Assembly (NCBI GenBank): GCA_963843845.1
Contig: CAWJMB010000002.1
Span: 2,272,001 to 2,336,000 of the forward strand
DNA length: 64,000 nucleotides
Direction: 5' to 3'
Source: an uncultured Gemmatimonadaceae bacterium
Lineage (GTDB): Bacteria; Gemmatimonadota; Gemmatimonadetes; Gemmatimonadales; Gemmatimonadaceae
Positions 53,544-64,000 of this stretch are shown in pieces. The translations under genes were made by a program, and so were the position numbers. Within the stretch, counting starts at the first letter, position 1. The number at the start of each line of letters is the position of its first letter. The notes beneath the pieces are model-generated. The model did not search any database and was not told where the DNA came from. It was given only the letters and a program-made list of their open reading frames with translations.

Positions 53544-54657
53544 CTAACGACCGTAGAAGGCGCGGACTGCCGCGACCACTTCCTCGAGCTGCGACTGCGC
53601 GAGCTCGGGGAAGACCGGGAGCGACAGCACCTCGGCGGATGCGCGTTCCGATTCCGGGCACTCCCCGCGCCGGTAGCCGAGGTACGCGAAGCAGGGCTGC
53701 AGGTGCAGCGGCAGCGGGTAGTAGACCGACGTCCCGATCCCCAGCGCCTTGAGGTGGGCCTGCAGGTCGTCGCGGCGGTCGGCGCGGATCGTGTACTGGT
53801 TGTAGATCGACTCGTTCTGCGGCGCCACGTAGGGGGTGCGGATCTCCGCGACGTCGGCGAGCGCCTGGTCGTAGAACGCCGCGTTCGCGCGCCGCGACGC
53901 GCTCCACTTGGCGAGGTGCGGCAGCTTGGCGCGCAGGATCGCCGCCTGCAGCGCGTCGAGTCGGCTGTTGAAGCCGACTTCTTCGTGGTAGTAGGTCTTG
54001 AGCCCGCCGTGCGTGCGGAGGCGCGAGAGCCGGAGCGCGAGCGCGTCGTCCTGCGTGACGATCATCCCGCCGTCGCCGTAGCCGCCGAGGTTCTTCGACG
54101 GGAAGAAGCTGAACGTCCCGATCGTCGCGACCTCGCCCGCCATGCGCCACTCGCCGTCGATGTTTCGACGCGCGCCGATCGACTGTGCCGCGTCCTCGAT
54201 GACCGGAATGCCCGGCGCCGCGCGCATCACCTGCTCGACGTTCGCCATCTGCCCGAAGAGGTCGACCGGGATGATCGCCTTCGTGTTCGACGTGACGGCG
54301 GCCGCGGCGGCCGCGGGCGAGATGTTGAACGTGTCGGGTTCGATGTCGACGAACACCGGCCGCGCGCCGACGTTGTGCATCGCGCCGGCCGTCGCGAAGA
54401 ACGTGAACGGCGACGTGACGACTTCCGTCGCCCGGGCCGGCGTCGACGGCGCGCAGAGCGAGCAGCAGCGCGTCGGTGCCGTTCGCACAGCCGATCGCGT
54501 GCCGTGTATTCGACAGCGCGGCGACGTCGCGCTCGAACGCCGCGACCGGCTCGCCGAGGATGAAGGTCTGCGCATCGACGACGGCCATCATCGCGGCGAC
54601 GACGTCGTCGCGGATCGTGGCGTGTTGCGCGCGGAGATCGAGAAGCGGTACAGGCAT
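53544..54657 (-). CDS. DegT/DnrJ/EryC1/StrS aminotransferase (frameshifted)
   Basis: ANGTDAL, FTFFATA, EDAAQSIG, SFFPSKNLGGYGDGG, NSRLD. Confidence 0.95.
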
Positions 54658-54748
54658 CGTGCGAAGCAGATCGATGGAATGGGACGCGCGGCGGGCGGCG
54701 CGGCCGGCAGCGCCGCGGAACGCCGTCGCTTACTGACGACGGAACAGC

Positions 54749-60041
<5,293 letters not shown>

Positions 60042-60079
60042 CATACGACCGACCGAGCCTCAGGCAACCTGCGCGCGGG

Positions 60080-60298
60080 TCAGACCGCCGCGACGCCGCG
60101 CGGCGCCCGCTTCACCTTCCCGGCGCCGAGGCAACCGGTGCAGACCTTCACCTTGATGATCTTGCCGTCGGCCTCGATGCGCGCGACCTGCAAGTTCGGC
60201 CGCCAGGTGCGGCGCGTCTTGTTGTTCGCGTGCGAGACATTGTTGCCGTACGCGACGCCCTTGTCACAGACGTAGCAGCGGCTGCGGTTGATAGCCAT
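60080..60298 (-). CDS. rpmB: 50S ribosomal protein L28
   Basis: [30 protein letters not shown]. Confidence 0.97.
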   Translation of the reverse strand: MAINRSRCYVCDKGVAYGNNVSHANNKTRRTWRPNLQVARIEADGKIIKVKVCTGCLGAGKVKRAPRGVAAV

Positions 60299-60311
60299 GT
60301 GCCTGCTCTCC

Positions 60312-60668
60312 TCAGCGCTCGACGAGCTCGATGCGCGCCATGTCGGCGCCGTCGCCCCGGCGGTGCCCCAGCTTCAGGATGCGGGTGTACCCGCCCGCGC
60401 GTGTCGCGAACTTCGGCCCGACCTCGCGGAACAGCTTGTCGGCCGTCTCGCGCTTCTGCACGTGACGCCCGGCGAGTCGCCGCGCGTGCAGCGTGCCGTG
60501 CTTCGCCTTCGTGATCAGCTTCTCGACGAACGGGCGCAGCTCTTTGGCCTTCGCCTCGGTCGTCTCGATCGCGCCCGCTTCGATCAGCGAGGACGCGAGG
60601 TTGCGCAGCAGCGCGAGGCGCTGCTCGCTCGTGCGGCGTAGCTGCCGCCCAGCCTTGCGGTGACGCAT
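60312..60668 (-). CDS. rplQ: 50S ribosomal protein L17
   Basis: [32 protein letters not shown]. Confidence 0.98.
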   Translation of the reverse strand: MRHRKAGRQLRRTSEQRLALLRNLASSLIEAGAIETTEAKAKELRPFVEKLITKAKHGTLHARRLAGRHVQKRETADKLFREVGPKFATRAGGYTRILKLGHRRGDGADMARIELVER

Positions 60669-60671
60669 GGG

Positions 60672-61748
60672 TTACTCCTCGTCCTCGTCCTCTGGCGCGT
60701 TCGCGGCGGCTCGGCTCGGTGCGGTTCCCCAATCGGTGATCCGTACTCCGCCGTCGCTCGTCTCCTCGTAGCGCATACCGAAGTTGAGTCCCTGCGTCTC
60801 GAGGAGATCAGCGATCTCCTGCAGGGACTTCTTGCCGAAATTCTTGACCTGCAGAATCTGGTTCTCCGTCTGCCGAACCAGATCGCCCAACGTGCGGATG
60901 TTCGAGTTCTTGAGCGAATTCACGCTCCGCACCGACAGTTCGAGATCGTCGATCGACGTCCGCAGCGAATCGCCGAGTCGAGCGGCGTCAGCCCCGTTGC
61001 CGTCGCCGGCCACGCCGACACTCGCCGCCGAGTGCGAGCCGAAGCCCGCGAAGTACTGGAAGTGTGTCTGCGCGAGCGCCGCGGCGTAGCTCACCGCCTC
61101 TTCAGGCGTGATCGTTCCGTTGGTCTCGACCGTCAGCGTGAGCCGATCGTAGTCCGTCCGCTGGCCGACGCGCGTCTCGGCGACCGAGAAGTTCGCACGA
61201 CGCACGGGGTTGTAGATCGAGTCGACGCGCACGAGATCGACCGGCAGTCCGCGATCGACCGGGTGCTGGTCGCTCTCGACGTAGCCACGACCCTTGTTGA
61301 CGTAGAGCTCGATGTTCAGCTCGCGGTCTTCCTGCAGCGTGAAGAGGTGGTGCGACGGATCGACGACGCGAACGCCCGAGGCGCCCTGGATGTCGCCGGC
61401 CGTGACCGGCCCCGACTCGGTCTTCTGAATGCGCAGCACCGCCGTGTCGACATCGTCGTCCAGCGTCAGCGTCAGCGTCTTCAGATTGCCGATGATCTGG
61501 TGTACGTCTTCGACGACGCCGTTGATCGTCTGATGCTCGTGCACGACGCCGTCGATGCGAAAGCCCCACACCGCCGCGCCCCGGAGCGACGACAAGAGCA
61601 GCCGGCGCATCGAGTTACCGAGCGTATAGCCGAAGCCGCGCTCCAGTGGCTGGAGCCGGAACTCGGCGAGATTCGGCGTGTCCGCGCCGCGCGTCGCTTC
61701 GACGAACTGAGGGCGGACGAGGCCGCGAAGATCTATCGTGGTAGCCAT
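60672..61748 (-). CDS. rpoA: RNA polymerase alpha subunit
   Basis: PLERGFGYTLGNSMRRLLLSS, LELSVRSVNSLK, NFGKKSL. Confidence 0.99.
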   Translation of the reverse strand: MATTIDLRGLVRPQFVEATRGADTPNLAEFRLQPLERGFGYTLGNSMRRLLLSSLRGAAVWGFRIDGVVHEHQTINGVVEDVHQIIGNLKTLTLTLDDDVDTAVLRIQKTESGPVTAGDIQGASGVRVVDPSHHLFTLQEDRELNIELYVNKGRGYVESDQHPVDRGLPVDLVRVDSIYNPVRRANFSVAETRVGQRTDYDRLTLTVETNGTITPEEAVSYAAALAQTHFQYFAGFGSHSAASVGVAGDGNGADAARLGDSLRTSIDDLELSVRSVNSLKNSNIRTLGDLVRQTENQILQVKNFGKKSLQEIADLLETQGLNFGMRYEETSDGGVRITDWGTAPSRAAANAPEDEDEE

Positions 61749-61936
61749 GAGAATGCGTGTCCTGTTGGTCTCAGCCGAGGATACTCTCTCGGCGACGCTC
61801 TGCCCCGCCCTTCACGCGCGGCAGACTCGTAGAGGGGTGAAGGCCCCGACCCCACTCGGGACTCGGGGCCCGGGACGCGGTCGTCGGAAGTGATCCGACA
61901 GCCCCGCGTCCCGAGCCCCGTGGCCCGGCAGTGCTG
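61749..61936 (-). ncRNA. Candidate structured cis-regulatory RNA in the rpsD-rpoA spacer
   Basis: 188-nt spacer with a 17-bp plus 6-bp hairpin, two crossing helices and an RBS-proximal hairpin. Confidence 0.45.
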
Positions 61937-62569
61937 TTACTTCGAGTAGAGCTCGACGACGAGCTGTTCCTGCGCCGCGATCGGGATGCTCGGCCGCTGA
62001 GGCCGCTCGAGCATGCGGCCCGAGAACGACTCCTTGTCGACCGCGATCCACGCGAGCGGCGCGCCGCGCGACGACTGATCCATCGCCGACATCACGCCGA
62101 CGTTGTCGCGCGACGCCTGCTTCACGCGGAGCTCCTCGCCCGGGCGGACCTGGTAGCTCGGCACGTCGACCGACTTGCCGTTGATCTCGACGTGGCGGTG
62201 CCGGATGAGCTGCCGCGCCGCCTTCCGGCTCGCCGCGAAGCCCATGCGATACACGATGTTGTCGAGACGGCTCTCGAGCGCGGCCAGCAGATTGTGACCG
62301 GTGATCCCCGGCAGCGTGCTGACCTTCTCGAACGTGTTGCGGAACTGCTTCTCGCTCACGCCGTAGATGCGCTTGATCTTCTGCTTCTCACGCAGCTGCT
62401 TGGCGTACTCGCTCGTCTTGCGACGGCGGGAGGTGTTCTGCCCATGCTGTCCCGGAGCGTACGGACGACGCTCGACGGGGCACTTCTCGGTGAAGCACTT
62501 GGTGCCTTTGAGGAACAACTTCGTTCCCTCGCGGCGGCATTGACGGCAGCTCGGACCAGTGTAACGCAT
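61937..62569 (-). CDS. rpsD: 30S ribosomal protein S4
   Basis: RYTGPSCRQCRREG, PGQHG, LESRLDN, LVVELYSK. Confidence 0.99.
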   Translation of the reverse strand: MRYTGPSCRQCRREGTKLFLKGTKCFTEKCPVERRPYAPGQHGQNTSRRRKTSEYAKQLREKQKIKRIYGVSEKQFRNTFEKVSTLPGITGHNLLAALESRLDNIVYRMGFAASRKAARQLIRHRHVEINGKSVDVPSYQVRPGEELRVKQASRDNVGVMSAMDQSSRGAPLAWIAVDKESFSGRMLERPQRPSIPIAAQEQLVVELYSK

Positions 62570-62572
62570 CGG

Positions 62573-62950
62573 TCAGACCCTCCGCCGCTTCGGCGGCCGA
62601 CAACCATTGTGCGGAATCGGCGTCACGTCCTTGATCGACTTCACGGTGAGGCCCGCCGCGGCGAGCGCCTGGATCGCGCTCTCGCGTCCCGAGCCCGGCC
62701 CCTGCACGCGGACGTGCACGCGACGCACGCCGAGCGTCATCGCTTCCTTCGCGCACTGCTCGGAGGCAACCGTCGCCGCGAACGGCGTCGACTTCTTCGA
62801 CCCCTTGAAGCCCGCCTTCCCCGCCGAACCCCACGAGAGCGTGTTGCCGCGGGTGTCGGTGATCGTGATCGTCGTGTTGTTGAACGTCGCGCTCACGTGC
62901 GCGACGCCCTCGGCCTCGACGATCTTCTTCGTTTTCTTGGCAGTAGGCAT
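62573..62950 (-). CDS. rpsK: 30S ribosomal protein S11
   Basis: [41 protein letters not shown]. Confidence 0.99.
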   Translation of the reverse strand: MPTAKKTKKIVEAEGVAHVSATFNNTTITITDTRGNTLSWGSAGKAGFKGSKKSTPFAATVASEQCAKEAMTLGVRRVHVRVQGPGSGRESAIQALAAAGLTVKSIKDVTPIPHNGCRPPKRRRV

Positions 62951-63328
62951 TTACTTGGTCACCTTCTTCTTGCCGGCGATCGCGCGGCGCGGACCCTTCT
63001 TCGTGCGCGCGTTCGTGTGCGTCCGTTGCCCGCGCACGGGGAGCCCGCGACGATGACGGATGCCACGATACGAGCCGATGTCCATCAGTCGCTTGATGTT
63101 CATCGCGACCTCGGTGCGGAGTGCGCCCTCGACCTTGTACGTGCGCTCGATCTCGGCACGCAGACGCGTCACGTCCGCGTCGCTGAGGTCGCGGACACGC
63201 TGCTCCGACTTCACGCCGGACGCGCCAAGGATCTTCTGCGCAGTGGTGCGCCCGATCCCGAAGATGTAAGTGAGCCCGATCTCGACCTTTTTGTCGCGAG
63301 GGAGATCGACGCCGGCAATACGAGCCAT
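62951..63328 (-). CDS. rpsM: 30S ribosomal protein S13
   Basis: [27 protein letters not shown]. Confidence 0.99.
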   Translation of the reverse strand: MARIAGVDLPRDKKVEIGLTYIFGIGRTTAQKILGASGVKSEQRVRDLSDADVTRLRAEIERTYKVEGALRTEVAMNIKRLMDIGSYRGIRHRRGLPVRGQRTHTNARTKKGPRRAIAGKKKVTK

Positions 63329-63329
63329 G

Positions 63330-63446
63330 TCAGCCCTGACGCTGTTTATGCTTTGGGTTGCGCTTGCAGATGATGCGAGTCACGCCGTCGCGCTTCACGA
63401 CTTTGCAATGCTCGCAGATCGGCTTCACGCTGCTGCGAACTTTCAC
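63330..63446 (-). CDS. rpmJ: 50S ribosomal protein L36 (not in the ORF track)
   Basis: Hand translation from GTG at 63446: [38 protein letters not shown]. Confidence 0.98.
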   Translation of the reverse strand: MKVRSSVKPICEHCKVVKRDGVTRIICKRNPKHKQRQG

Positions 63447-63492
63447 AGAACGCTCCAGTCGTGTGGCGAGGGATTTTCGGCCAAGACCGTGA

Positions 63493-63520
63493 ATTAAACC
63501 GACTTAGGTCGAGGACGCAA
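63493..63520 (-). promoter_or_regulatory. Putative promoter TTGCGT-N16-TTTAAT for the rpmJ-alpha operon
   Basis: AT-rich island in the pyrF-rpmJ spacer. Confidence 0.5.
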
Positions 63521-63538
63521 CCCCGGCGGACCGGGCAG

Positions 63539-64000
63539 TCAGGCGATCGGCGCCCCCCGAAGCTCGGCGGCGATCGCATCGAACGCCGCCGCCGGGTCGG
63601 GCGCCGCGCTCACCGCGCGACCGAGGATGACATACGTCGCCCCCGCCTGCGCCGCCGCGGCGGGCGTGACCACCCGCGTCTGATCGTGCGCCGGCGCGCC
63701 CGCAGGGCGAATACCCGGCACGAGTGTAGCCAGCCCGCTCCCGAATCGCTCGCGAATCGCCGACGCCTCGCGGCCGCTGCAGACCACGCCGTGCAACCGG
63801 GCCGCGAAGGCGCCCGCGGCAAGGTCCAGCACGTCGTCGACGGTCGCGGCGACCGAGGTCAGCGCCGTCACGCCGAGGATGGCGCAACGCGCCTCCTCGC
63901 CAGCGTCGGCCGCCGCGCGGAGCATGGCCTCGCCTCCGCCCGCGTGGACGGTGAGGAGTCGGACATCGAGGCGCGCGGCGCTACGCACGGCACCCGCCAC
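63539..64000 (-). CDS. pyrF: Orotidine-5'-phosphate decarboxylase, 3' part
   Basis: LTVHAGGG..ML, GVVCS, LVPGIR, DQTRV.TP, VILGRAV. Confidence 0.95.
   Translation of the reverse strand: MAGAVRSAARLDVRLLTVHAGGGEAMLRAAADAGEEARCAILGVTALTSVAATVDDVLDLAAGAFAARLHGVVCSGREASAIRERFGSGLATLVPGIRPAGAPAHDQTRVVTPAAAAQAGATYVILGRAVSAAPDPAAAFDAIAAELRGAPIA

Noticed and set aside
61864..61920. SRP RNA or tRNA in the rpsD-rpoA spacer
   Set aside because: Lacks the SRP domain IV motif (CAGG...GGAA...AGCA) and any cloverleaf or T-loop.
63539..64000. PyrF looks short after the LTS motif (TSVAATVDDVL)
   Set aside because: This loop varies in length among PyrF proteins and the gene is truncated by the window; cannot be assessed.

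Overview
Very GC-rich (about 70% by eye) bacterial core-genome segment. Protein sequences and gene order suggest Gemmatimonadota (inference). All but one gene (a SurA/PpiD-like chaperone) lie on the minus strand. Read in transcription order (right to left): pyrF (partial); rpmJ-rpsM-rpsK-rpsD-rpoA-rplQ-rpmB; gmd-rmd-carB-DegT aminotransferase-nucleotide-sugar dehydrogenase; bamD-nadD-secA-radC-rel-uvrB-tsaE-tsaB-rimI-ssb; hypothetical; galE-like epimerase; tolQ-tolR-tolA-tolB-pal-cpoB-tatC-lptD-like; hutH-hutU-radical SAM-hutI; TPR protein; polyprenyl synthase; DUF4321-like; tatA; (surA-like on +); TPR protein; aroQ; Xaa-Pro peptidase; accB-accC-comB-ftsK; TonB-dependent receptor; GDPD; yraN; recA-recX; tandem-HTH protein; alaS (partial). 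About 19 genes, including essential ones, are frameshifted, which points to indel errors in a long-read assembly and not to pseudogenes. I found no mobile element, CRISPR array, tRNA or rRNA. The most notable unexplained signals are: (1) a strand-polarised motif (C)GTTAGGC, 12 copies on one strand and 1 on the other, that forces rare TTA codons; (2) a radical SAM gene embedded in the hut operon; (3) a duplicated-HTH gene with an 11-bp palindrome downstream of recA-recX; (4) a highly structured rpsD-rpoA spacer; (5) a probable CTG start for rmd.
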